From assembly GCA_021613535.1 (NCBI GenBank), contig CP075493.1:14198001-14262000 (forward strand): a stretch of 64,000 bases of DNA, given 5' to 3'. A program made the position numbers and the translations under genes. The DNA is from Adineta vaga (lineage: Eukaryota; Animalia; Rotifera). This document shows positions 12,266 to 24,030 of the stretch, in pieces. The notes below the pieces were generated by a model. That model was not told where the DNA came from, did no database searches, and worked only from the letters and a program-made list of their open reading frames with translations. Numbering within the stretch: the first letter of the stretch is position 1; every line of letters starts with the position of its first letter.

Positions 12266-13279
12266 TCATTTCTGAGCAGGAACGACATGATTTCGGAATA
12301 AAGATAAACCATGTTGAAAACCTAATTTCGATAAACAAAATTGACGCATTTCTTTGAAAGTTAGCAAAACAATTGTTGAACTAAATGTATAATTCAAATA
12401 AACAATAAATGTTGTGATCGCATCAATATAAACAGAATAAGTTAAATTGAAAATCGTTTGAAAGAAATCATACAGAACCCATGGTGACCATGTCAACAAA
12501 AACCAAATAAGAAATAAATGAAGAGAATAAAGAAGACGACGATGATTTCGTGGACCGGTTTGTCCTATTTGTCGACCGACTAGAAAATATTTCCGATAGA
12601 AAATAACTCCAATGACATACAGACAACTTGTTAAAATGAGAAAATATGGAACAAATGTAATCAGTAAATCAAATAATTCATAAATCTCTCTTGCATACCA
12701 AAGATCACATGTTTGTGTTTCTGATGGGTTCTCAAGATCAATAGTTGCTGCTCCATTTTGCATTATTATTGGATAATAAAGACAAGGAAAAACAATAGCA
12801 ATGAAAAGACCAAGATAATGAATACAGATTGGTAGAGTATGAGTCTGATGACGTGCTCGATGAAAGATAAATGGTTTGACAACAAGAAGAAAACGTTCAA
12901 TGGAAAGTTGTACCATAAGAAAATCATTAATTTGTGTTGGGATATAATCAAGATAAACAGTTAATTCACACAATGGAGTACCAGCAATGGGTAAACATCC
13001 ATTATGATAATAGAAATAAACTCGAATGGGTCCTTGAATAAAAGCGAGAATGACTTGGGCGATGCAACTTAAGAGGAGCGCATGGTTATTGATATCGAAA
13101 ACTTTTTTTACTTGAAAGATAAAAGTAATAACGAAAATGATATTTAGTAAAATTCCAACTGGAACAGTTATACAACTGAGAGCAAACAAAACACGATACA
13201 TAGGAATAAGATCATAACCAAGATAATCTATTCGTTCGCATCCTACGATAATAGAATTTGTATCATTATTCATATTCAT
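12266..13279 (-). CDS. Orphan 7TM GPCR, family B copy 1 (intronless)
   Basis: Seven TM segments; SIERF motif; TWSPW in TM6; paralog of the genes at 19507 and 24363. Confidence 0.9.
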   Translation of the reverse strand: MNMNNDTNSIIVGCERIDYLGYDLIPMYRVLFALSCITVPVGILLNIIFVITFIFQVKKVFDINNHALLLSCIAQVILAFIQGPIRVYFYYHNGCLPIAGTPLCELTVYLDYIPTQINDFLMVQLSIERFLLVVKPFIFHRARHQTHTLPICIHYLGLFIAIVFPCLYYPIIMQNGAATIDLENPSETQTCDLWYAREIYELFDLLITFVPYFLILTSCLYVIGVIFYRKYFLVGRQIGQTGPRNHRRLLYSLHLFLIWFLLTWSPWVLYDFFQTIFNLTYSVYIDAITTFIVYLNYTFSSTIVLLTFKEMRQFCLSKLGFQHGLSLFRNHVVPAQK

Positions 13280-14529
13280 GTACACAACTAGAGTAAGTGA
13301 AATACGATATTTTAGAAATAGAAAAAGACTTCATAAGTTTTATTAATTGTAAAGATAAAAAAAGAATTATTTTCCTTTCAGGAACTAAATAATTGATATA
13401 CGAAGTTATCAAAAGAAAAGAAAGCTTCTCGCTACATTATTTATTACTAGTATAGTTCATTTTATATCACATGCTGTTTCTCATAGAAAGTTAAATATAG
13501 TTTACTATTTAACAATAACATATCTTGAATGAAGATCATTAACACCATAGAATGACACGTTTTTTCTTTTTTTTATGCCATAATAGAGTCATTGATCATG
13601 CGTAAAGAGGTCGAGAAAACGATGAAGAGAATACAACATATCACTCTCGTTTTGATTCATCAAAATCAGAGGCTATACAACATTTGTCCTTTTATATCTT
13701 ATATAATGTCAGATCACATCTTTCTCGTCGAAAATGAGCGAATTTAGTAATGTATATCGATACTCATAAGATGAAGCTTGATTTGTTATTGAGTATTTGA
13801 TTTTACAGACAACTATTTCACTAGAATTATTAAAAGTATTGATCGATTTTGAAGTATTTCTTGAATATGTCAACATATGTATAAAGAACGTTTTCAAGTA
13901 ATATTTTGATGACATTATCTTCGAACGAAGCGCCTACTATAGATTCAATTTTTAACCATCATTATAATCAGCTGAAATTATAGCATACGGATGTACAATC
14001 TTCCTTTCCCTTATCGAAAGAATATGCCATTAGTCTTATTACCAACATACCTCATTGCGAAATCTACTTGATTATCAAAATTGAGAAGCGTCATTATTAA
14101 CGGATTTAACTATACATTTGGAACTACAGTATATTGTACTCAAACATACTTCAGAATACTTTGATTGAATCTATCGCTTTGTGAATATTGCTCGTCTTAA
14201 TGCTGGTAATTTGTCTGAAATCAAATACAACAATACCATAATACTTCACTCAGATGTCAAAAACAAAAACGAATAGATGATTGGTCGGCCTTGTTTTTGA
14301 CAGTAAATCGAGTGTAATCAATCTCTTTTTAGGATACCATTGATGTGCTGAAAACTCGCAATGTAAAAACACCTCAATACCATAATAGTACTGTTACATC
14401 ACCTTTCGTATACGACAGGAAGAAAAGGAAAGAATATCTGTCATACAAATGATTTCGTCATTCTTCGATCGTAATGATGAAAACTTTCCCGATATATGAT
14501 TATTAATGACAAAAAAAGAGTACTGAAAC

Positions 14530-14603
14530 AGCTCCTGAGTGGACTCGAACCACCTATCACCCGGTTAACAGCCGGGTGCGTTTACCGCTTACGCCACAGG
14601 AGC
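14530..14603 (-). tRNA. tRNA-Asn (GTT)
   Basis: GCTCCTG acceptor stem pairs with CAGGAGC; anticodon arm CCCGG-CT GTT AA-CCGGG; T arm GGTGG-TTCGAGT-CCACT; T7 Pol III terminator at 14511-14517. Confidence 0.93.
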
Positions 14604-14939
14604 ACATCATATATCAATATTACATTTAATTTGTTCTAGTTTCAACATGAAAAGAATCAAAGTTACAGATGAAGATTAGCAAAAAAGTCTTAATTAGTCA
14701 AGAAGATATCAAATCTTTCTAAAGAATTTTTAAAATGAACTCTTTTTCTCTCTCCGAAACTTCTATAGAAACATCTAAGAATATAACAGTTTATAAAATG
14801 TACGAAGAACAAAAACTAACTTCCTTTTCTTCTTCAGTACATTTTATTTCAATCGCAGATTATGATGTATTTGATATATAGATTAGATTTTCATCAAGCA
14901 ATGATGAAAGCAAGAGAATATCTAATTAATTTCGACAAC

Positions 14940-15330
14940 TATTAAACAAAGCATGTTATAATAAGATCTAGGTTTTGATCATCATTAAAATGGCTCGATA
15001 CAAGCGAGGTTGAAAATTTATCAACTAAGTAATTAACTAGTGTATGAAAAGTTCTGTGTTCTTTTCCAATAAGTACACTGATTGAGACTCTCCAATGGTT
15101 GATCATGACGAGATCTGTTGTGTTATCATTGCTCCAATCCTTGGACGTGAATCAACAGTATATAGTTCATTGGAGTTTGAAATGTACTATTTTCTTTCCC
15201 AACTAGTATCGTAACGTCGTTGTCACCCTTATTCGTTACTATCAAATCAAGTCTATAACCATGATTAAAATCATTCGATATTATGTACGATGGCTGTTTA
15301 CCACCTGTATAGCTCGCTGCATTCGGCAAC
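14940..15330 (-). pseudogene. FG-GAP/VCBS repeat remnant
   Basis: YTGGKQPSYIISNDFNHGYRLDLIVTNKGDNDVTILVGKENSTFQTPMNY matches DFN.D...DL.V.N......ILLG.G.G.F. Further broken repeats lie downstream. Confidence 0.7.
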
Positions 15331-15936
15331 GATTTTGATGATTCCAAAATTGTGACTACAAGTCAGGGATTTGTTGTTTTTGAAACGTTCAGATCTTCTT
15401 TTGTTTCCCGTCAAGGAAGTTAATGGATATGTTTTTCTCTCTGTTTCATAAAAGACTATTTTTGTGTTAATAAAAATAGACCATTTACGTATTTCAGTGA
15501 TGAAAAAATTGCATAGAAGGAAGTTAAATTATTTTTATCAAATAAATCATTTCTACTGATGATAATTATTTCAGAAACAAACACTTCTCCCTTTATTTTG
15601 CTTTTAACAATTTTATTTATAAAAATGTATTTCACCATTATGTCACTACGATACACAACACATCTTTCCCGTTTTCTTTCATAGAATTGTTCGTAATCAC
15701 ATGTTATTTCTAGTACTCAGATAAAAAAATTATTTGAGTTATCACTTGTGAAAATACCAATGAGAAGTTTTTTTCCGAACGCTGAATTCATTCTATGATT
15801 ATAATCTAATAATAGCAGAGATAATGCATTCCACTTCATGTCGTCTAATAAAACAAAATACTTCGTCATTTGATTTTTATAACAAGTATTTTCTTTCAAA
15901 TCAGAAGTAAAGAACGTTAATGAAAAAATACTGAAT

Positions 15937-16983
15937 ATGAATACAGATTATATTGTTTCACTTTCCTCTGCACGATCAAAATTTGCTCTTTATGTCTCAA
16001 TTCCAATTTGTCTAATTAGTATTATTGGTGAACTATTTAGTCTTTTGGTTCTTCTTAGTTTAAAAACATTTCGACAAAATTCTTGTGCATTTTATCTTCT
16101 ATCAATGTCATTATTCAATGTTATTCGATTCATTTTTAGCACATCATTGATCGCGATTTCAATGGCATTTCCAGTGAATTTCATATCGATTTTATTTTAT
16201 TATTGTCAAATACGTAATCTTATTGTTGCAACGTGTAATTTATCTGCTATCACATGTTTATGTTTAGCAATTATTGATCAATATTTTGCAACATGTTCTC
16301 GTCCACATTGGCAACAATGGTCAACCATTCGAATTGCTCATCGTGTGACAATAATTATCACATTAATTTGGATTTGTCATGCGATACCTTATTTCATTTA
16401 TTTCGATCAATTATCAATAGTAAATCCAGCACTTTGCATTTCAACTAACTCAATTCTAATTCAGTATCATACTTATGTATATCTTATTACATATGGAAAT
16501 CTTTTCCCATTTATTGCTGTCATTTTTGGTTTGATGGCTTTTCGAAATGCCCGAACATTGACAACACGAACAAATCCACTTGTTCGCCGTGAATTAGATA
16601 AACAATTAACAACAATGGTTCTTGTTGAGATATGTATTTATGTTTGTACTTATGTTCCATATTCAATAACAAATGCAATTTCATCATTAAATACCAATCG
16701 TGATCTCGTTTTTCTTGCCCAATTAAATTTGATCAATGCGATTACATTAACCTTATCTTTTCTAAGCAATGGAGTAAGATTTGTTTCATTGATGAAATCA
16801 AAATGTTCTTCTTCTTCTTCTTTCTCTTCTCTTTAGAATTCATTTTACACATATGTTTGTGTATCGAAACGATTTCGTCGGCAAACCAAATATGTTTTAT
16901 ATGAAATGTATATGAACAGATGTCAACAAAAACGAATTCAGCCAAATAATATGGAAATTCATGCAGAGACAGAGAAACAATAA
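15937..16983 (+). CDS. Orphan 7TM GPCR, family C copy 1; 2 exons
   Basis: Exons 15937-16773 and 16837-16983 (NSFYTYVCVSKRFRRQ). AIIDQY and RRELDKQLT motifs. Confidence 0.9.
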
Positions 16984-17226
16984 TAAGCTTTCGTACTTTG
17001 TAAGACAATAAAAAAAATGAATAGAAAATAAAATTAAGTTTGTGGCTAAAAGTAGTATCGATTATTCATTCAGTGTTGTAGGACAAGAAATTTAAATTCT
17101 TTTTTCTATACAAAGTATTAATCGGTCCATACAGAAAAAAGGAGTAAAATGTCCAAAAACCTCGTACTATTGTCAAATGGTTTCGTACAAAGAATGAATG
17201 CTGAATAAGATTTGAGTATATATTAA

Positions 17227-18260
17227 TCAATATTCATTGTTGGTCTCAGCTTGTATTTCTGGAATAATTTGATTTTCCCGACAGAAATTCCTATGAATAT
17301 CAATTAAAACATATTTGGCTTGTCGACGAAATCGTTTTGATACACAAATATATGTATAAAAGGAATTCTAAATACAATAAATCATTAAAGAATAAATTCA
17401 TCTTCTCAATCAAATAGTTTTACCCCATTTGTTAAAATGTTGACAGTCAATGTTACAGCGTTGATCAAATTCATTTGAGCAAGAACAACAGGATCACGAT
17501 TAGTGTTTAATGATAAAAATCCACTTGTAATCGAATATGGAAAATAGGTACAAACATAAACACAAATCTCAACAAGAACCATAATGGTCAATTGTTTATC
17601 TAATTCACGGCGAACAAGTGGATTTATTCGTGTTGTCAATGTTCGGGCATTTCGATAAGACAGGATTCCAAAGATTATCGCAACAAATGGGATAAGATTA
17701 CTCAATGTAAGAAAATAGCCATAAACATGATATTGTAAGAAAATAGGATCAGGTGAGGTGCAAATAGCTGTATTGATTGGTGACAATTGGCTGAAGTTGA
17801 TCAGGTATAATATTGCATGTGCAATCCAAAGAATAGAAACAATGATTGTAAGACGATGTGCTAATCGAATAGTTGACCATTGCTGCCACTGTGGACGAGA
17901 ACAAGTAGCTAAATACTGATCAATGATGGCTAAACATAACATTGTTACTGCACCCATAATACATATTCCAGCAACAAAACTTCGTATTTGACAATAGTAA
18001 ACAATAGCTGATGTCCAATCGACTGGAAATGCCATCGAAATTACGACAAAGGATGTACTAAAGATCAATCGAATAAAATTGAATATTGACATGAAAAGAA
18101 GATAGAATGCACATGAACTTTGTCGAAATGTTTTTAAACTAAGCAAAACAATGATACTGAAAAGTTCACTAATAAAACTGATGAAATAAATTGGAATTGA
18201 AACGTAAAGAGCAAATTGTGATCGTATATAATAAAGTGATGAGATATATTCAGTATTCAT
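17227..18260 (-). CDS. Orphan 7TM GPCR, family C copy 2; 2 exons; tail-to-tail with copy 1
   Basis: Exons 18260-17424 and 17367-17227; intron at the same position as in copy 1. Confidence 0.9.
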
Positions 18261-18662
18261 TTTGAACTACGCAAATGAAAGTATGAAGATAATGTTGTCT
18301 GTTGGATGATACAAGAGGACAAAAAAAAGATTGTTGCCATAATTCTTTTCTTTACAATTAAAAGGAAATTAGTTTTCTTTTTCTCTTATTATAACATAAA
18401 CAAAAGAAACTTCAAACCTTAATTTATAAAGCTGATAGCATAGAAAGAACTATGTTTCTTTACTTAACACTTATAATCATTTTTTTCTTTGACACATTAC
18501 AATTATACTGCGTAATTTTCCTGTCGACTTGATTCATGTTAGTAAAAGAAAATCTTTGAGGGTGGTCAGATCTATACATACTTTGGACAATAGTAACATA
18601 GCTTATTGCGAATAGTACTGAAATGAACAGAGATTCTTCTCGACTTTATGAGCCACGTTTTT

Positions 18663-21502
18663 CTATTGATTCGCCGATGACTCCAGAAACTTTCTTAGAT
18701 ACGTACATGAGAATGAGAATTTGTCCGTTTCTCTTATTACTATTGCTACCTTTATCAATTTGATTTGACGACGATTATATTTATCACAATTTTTATCAAT
18801 ACTCAATCTGAATCTCTTAAAAATAGCGAAATATATAAAATAAAACAAATATTCAATTCTTACTTAGACAAACGTGAACAACGATCTAACAGCAGAAAAT
18901 TGAAAAAGCATCTAATCGAAAAATACTACGAATACATTTTGTGGTAAACTTCATGAGTCATACCAACTGGTAACAAAGAACTATTTATTTTGCTGTGTTT
19001 ATTCGGAAACATTTGATTCCTATGATCGACAATTTTGAAAATAGACAAATGTATTGTTAAAGTAATTTTCTATTTCTAAACAATAAATTTTTCAGAAAAG
19101 TTCAATAGATCAAAATGTTCTAAAATAGGCAATGGTTACATTCTGACTTTTAAATATTCATGAGTCAATGCAAAATTTTCTCAACTGTGAAGAAATATAC
19201 AAGAAATATTTTTCTCCTTCGTGAGAGATAAAAAGTTGAAATATTTATTCGAACATTTCCATCAAATCGAGAAATACAATGTCAGATGTGAAAGTTTATT
19301 TGAGATCTGTTCATTAATTCGTTGATGAAAGGGTTTGCTTCTTATTGTTTTTCTCTGATATTCTATATCTATAACAAATAATAACATATCCTTGGATTTT
19401 GATATTGATCGAAAAAAGTATGTCAGGGATAACCAAATAGTATTCTCTTGTTTTATAATTTACTGCAGGATGACGAAATATATTTGAAAGAGTCGATTGT
19501 CTTGATCTACGTCATAAAACGATTGGCTACAATTGATTTTAATGCAGGAGATCGATCAATGGTTTGTATCGGTCGAACCGGTTGGATTCTGTTTTCAATT
19601 AAAGATAAGCCATGTTGAAAACCTAATTTCGACAAACAGAATTGACGCATTTCTTTGAAAGTTAGCAAAACAATTGTTGAACTAAATGTATAATTCAGAT
19701 AAACAATAAACGTTGTGATCGCATCAATATAAACAGAATAAGTTAAATTGAAAATCGTTTGAAAAAAATCATACAGAACCCATGGTGACCATGTCAACAA
19801 AAACCAAATAAGAAATAAATGAAGAGAATAAAGAAGACGACGATGATGTCGTGGACCAATTTGTCTTCCTTCTTGATCACCCCGAGAATATTTTTGATAG
19901 AAAAAAATACCAATAACAAATAAACACATAATTAAAATGAGAAAATATGGAACAAATGTAATCAGTAAATCAAATAATTCATAAATCTCTCTTGCATACC
20001 AAAGATCACATGTTTGTGTTTCTGATGGGTTCTCAAGATCAATAGTTGCTGCTCCATTTTGCATTATTATTGGATAATAAAGACAAGGAAAAACAATAGC
20101 AATGAAAAGACCCAGATAATGAATACAGATTGGTAGAGTATGAGTCTGATGACGTGCTCGATGGAAGATAAATGGTTTGACAACAAGAAGAAAACGTTCA
20201 ATGGAAAGTTGTACCATAAGAAAATCATTAATTTGTGTTGGAATATAATCAAGATAAACAGTTAATTCACACAATGGAGTACCAGCAATGGGTAAACATC
20301 CATTATGATAATAGAAATAAACTCGAATGGGTCCTTGAATAAAAGCGAGAATGACTTGGGCGATGCAACTCAATAAAAGTGCATGACTATTAACTGCAAA
20401 TATTTTCTTTCCACGACAAATAATTGTAATGACAAAGATAATGTTAAGCAGAATTCCAAGTGGAACTGTGAAACAACTGATACCAAACAAAACACGATAC
20501 ATAGGAATAAGATCATAACCAAGTTCATCTTCTAAATCACACTCAGTTGTCATCGAAGTTGTATCATTATTTGCTTCCATACTCATTGTTTAATGCCAAG
20601 TGAACTAAAAATTTTTATTCCTAATGTGCATAGAATTTGAACCTTTTATTTGTAATGTATCTCTACGTGAATACGCTATTCTATATACAATCAGTAAGAC
20701 ATCATATTTATTTTGATTATATCTTTTGGATAAAATAATTACCAGTGAGTTTGTATTTTTTATAATTGTGAATAGAATAGTTTAGTTTGAAGAGGTTTTC
20801 TCTGATTATAATGAAGCATTGTACTGAGTAATAAGTAGTTAAAAACGGATATGCATCTTTCTGTTCTATTGAGAAGAAAAAAGTACGTCGTATTTTATTT
20901 TTATTAATTTTCTTAGTCTGAATTATCGGGAACTATGGTTTCTTTTTTCATGTCAAACGACCTCTTTTTGTGTCATCAACGGATCATAATCTTAAAGATG
21001 AGATAAAAATTAAAAATGTAAAGGAATGATATGCTATTGTCACTTTTATTCCTCGAGCTAACAAAAATGTCAAACTAAATCTTGAAGATAACTATTAATG
21101 TATTTTTCGTCGACAACCATTTTCGATCTCATTCACAATAGATCTTCTCGAATAACTATGTAATTATAATTTCACATTTTCATTATCTCTCCGAAAGAAG
21201 CACGTCATCATCATTATCCTTTAGTAACGATGAAGAACCTGATTTAAATTTATAATTCATATGAGAAATTTACAATACATCTACACATGTCTTCATGTGT
21301 CAATTCAAGACGTTTTTCTTAGAGAAAATATAGAAAATAATTAAAGAGAAAAGAGAAAACATGGAGAAAACTTTCTAAATTCAGTTTTGTTTTAAATATG
21401 TTTCATTCTTCTTTGATAAAGTTATCGTGCATAAATTTGAATGAATATATAATTGAGATAATTATATAATAATCGAATCCATTTCAATCTGTTTAACCAA
21501 AA
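18663..21502. repeat. Segmental duplication copy A (pairs with 23985-26393)
   Basis: 18663-18900 resembles 23985-24230. The GPCR and about 900 bp of its upstream DNA are shared. 21290-21502 is nearly identical to 26178-26393. Confidence 0.85.
19507..20586 (-). CDS. Orphan 7TM GPCR, family B copy 2
   Basis: 359-aa ORF, seven TM segments, near-identical to 24363-25463. Confidence 0.9.
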   Translation of the reverse strand: MSMEANNDTTSMTTECDLEDELGYDLIPMYRVLFGISCFTVPLGILLNIIFVITIICRGKKIFAVNSHALLLSCIAQVILAFIQGPIRVYFYYHNGCLPIAGTPLCELTVYLDYIPTQINDFLMVQLSIERFLLVVKPFIFHRARHQTHTLPICIHYLGLFIAIVFPCLYYPIIMQNGAATIDLENPSETQTCDLWYAREIYELFDLLITFVPYFLILIMCLFVIGIFFYQKYSRGDQEGRQIGPRHHRRLLYSLHLFLIWFLLTWSPWVLYDFFQTIFNLTYSVYIDAITTFIVYLNYTFSSTIVLLTFKEMRQFCLSKLGFQHGLSLIENRIQPVRPIQTIDRSPALKSIVANRFMT

Positions 21503-21989
21503 ACAGTGATTCTGGAAATACTAATATTTCAGCTTCATTTTCGAATTCAGAAATACATGGTTCTTTATCTGATATTTTCCTTAAATTAATCGCTTGTTCA
21601 ATTCTTTTCGTTTATCGTTACCAGATTGTCACGGCTCGCGGCATATGATTTTGCTACCTGTTCATGCAGTGAAATTGAACATAATGTTTTGGGTTCAATG
21701 GTTGCTTTTTTCGTCAATGGCCAACAATATAAAGACGTAAAGTTGTCATCGTCATTTTTTTACCACATGCAGTAGGAAGTATTTTGATTTCACTCTGATC
21801 GATACAATTTTTAGTGGTCCTCACAATGATTGATGCACATGACCTAGTTTATGATAAAATACCGCTTTCAAAGTATATAGATGAAATAAATCTACACTGT
21901 CATAATGATACATTTTTATATCTTTCGATTTCCTTCATGTTGAAAGATATAAACTATTAAATATTCCAATGTATTAACAAACATTTCAT

Positions 21990-22525
21990 ATATTTATCAA
22001 CTTCAATTCAAAGAGTTCAACCGACAGCTGAAACATATCGACAGAGTTGTTGAACGTTTGAGAACGCATTTCAAAGAAATCGAAGAAATCCAACGAGAAA
22101 ATGAATTCAATGAAATTGATTTAGATGATTTGAGAGAAAAACTATATCAAATGAATGAAGAACATCGACAAGGATTTTTGAATGAATTTTCAATTGTTTT
22201 ATAAAAGAGTAAGTTGAAAGTTTTAAATTCTTGTTTTATTGAAGAGAAAAACTGATTTTAAACTAATGACTAAAAAGTCTTTATATTCTAATTAAACCCA
22301 AAAACGTCTTTTTTAAAAGATCAAGTTAATCTTTTTCGTTTGATTCAACGTGTCGAACTAATTTCTAATGTTTAAATATTTAATCATTTTCACAATTTCA
22401 TATTTGTCAGATAGTTTATTCAAATTCTCGTTAATGATCAACTCTCTTTCTCTCAAAGAATCTTTGTTGATAAAGATCAATCTGTTTATGTTTCAAATAA
22501 CGAAAATGCTCGAATCGTTCGATTT
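21990..22525 (+). pseudogene. Remnant of a coiled-coil/NHL-repeat protein
   Basis: Fragments EIQRENEFNEIDLDDLREKLYQMNEE and FVDKDQSVYVSNNENARIVR (NHL-like); broken frames. Confidence 0.55.
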
Positions 22526-22994
22526 CTTTTGATTTAATAAAATCTTTAAAAAAATGAGAATGAAACATAAGACATGATGTCAACAATCATATAATAAAAC
22601 CATGAAAAGATGAATATTTGAAAGAAAAGAAAGATCTCTTAAAAAACAAACTTCATTCCGAATTGATGTTAATATACGTATTTAATGAGAAGAATAATGT
22701 ATTGAAATTTCAACAAACCCAACAAGATTAAATTGGTTTTCGAAGATTCTTAATCAAATCAAACGACGGAAGAGACAAATCAATTTCATGTTAATCGATT
22801 TCAACGTGAATTGTATTTTTTTTTATCTCTTATGAAATTTTGTAAAAAAAGAACAAAGATCATTGTGTATTATCATTCATACTCATAATTTCTATCGCAT
22901 TTAGACATATTCGAGGAAACAAATCTTTGAAGAAATATCATCGATCGATTCAAATTTTGGCACTTTTATGGGTGAAGATGACGGAAAATAGTGA

Positions 22995-23220
22995 CTACAA
23001 TTCGAAAGGATTATGATTGAAATCACTTAATGTTATCCACGACGGATCCTTAGCAATTATGTAGTTTAATGGTGTGTGAAAGGTTGCATTTCCATCATCC
23101 AATAATATATTAATAGTTTTATCACGTCGATTGTTTAATACTAGATCGAATTTAGTATCCTGTTTGAAATCACTTGATGTGATAGAAAATGATAAATTAC
23201 CAGCTGAACAGTTTATGAAA
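22995..23220 (-). pseudogene. Second FG-GAP/VCBS repeat remnant
   Basis: SITSSDFKQDTKFDLVLNNRRDKTINILLDDGNATFHTPLNYIIAKDPSWITLSDFNH; no start codon. Confidence 0.65.
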
Positions 23221-23544
23221 ATCCCTAAATAACTATACTGTTACGGACGGCATGAACATTCGTATAGATTAATAAGTTGGCGTAAAGAAAAGATTATTGC
23301 GCCGGAAAGCTATTTTTTAACGAAATCGCAAATAAACAAATCATATCAATAATTGTTCCTGGAGAGATGCTTCGAGATTTTCTTCTTGGAACAGAACCGA
23401 ACATAATATCACCTATAATCAGACTAATCAATATGCTCATTGAAATCATTGACGCGTAATATACGTATATAAGAGACTTTTGCATAGAGACATGCACCTA
23501 TATATGTATATATCATTAAAAGAATATTACGAATCTTCTCATTT

Positions 23545-24030
23545 ACCTTCAAACGAAGATTCGAATAATAGCTCCTTAAGCACAACCTGTTCCAAATGAA
23601 TTATATTAAGACCAGGTGCAGGAAACAATCGAGACTGAACAATCATTCACGTTCTTGTTAAAAGAAGAGCTTAACCTTCAGTCCTAACATGTTATTGTGC
23701 ACGGATGGTTTGCCTATTGCTGGTATGACCCTCAAACCATCGCATGTTTGTTGAATTTGGAATACTAAATTATGCAATATATCCTGCAAAGGTATACATG
23801 CTTCCGACAATGGTAACTTAGGTTATTGTGAATAGTCCTGAAGTGAACGGAGATTTTTCTTGATTTTATAAACCACGTTTATATCTATCAAGATTTGTAA
23901 TTCGGCAGTGTTAAAATTATCTTTTGAATCTGACGTATTTGCCATTACTTGTGCTCCGTTTGAATACGACTTGTCCAGTTTTTCTGTTGATTCGCCGATG
24001 GCTACAGATACTTTGTAGATACGCACATGA
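23545..24030 (-). pseudogene. NAD:arginine ADP-ribosyltransferase pseudogene
   Basis: LQDYSQ*PKLPLSEACIPLQDILHNL resembles the domain N-terminus. TEG*ALLLTRT*MIVQSRLFPAPGLNIIHLEQV resembles E.EILLLP...PAPDLHIIHLKQ. The core between them is deleted and there are in-frame stops. Confidence 0.6.
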
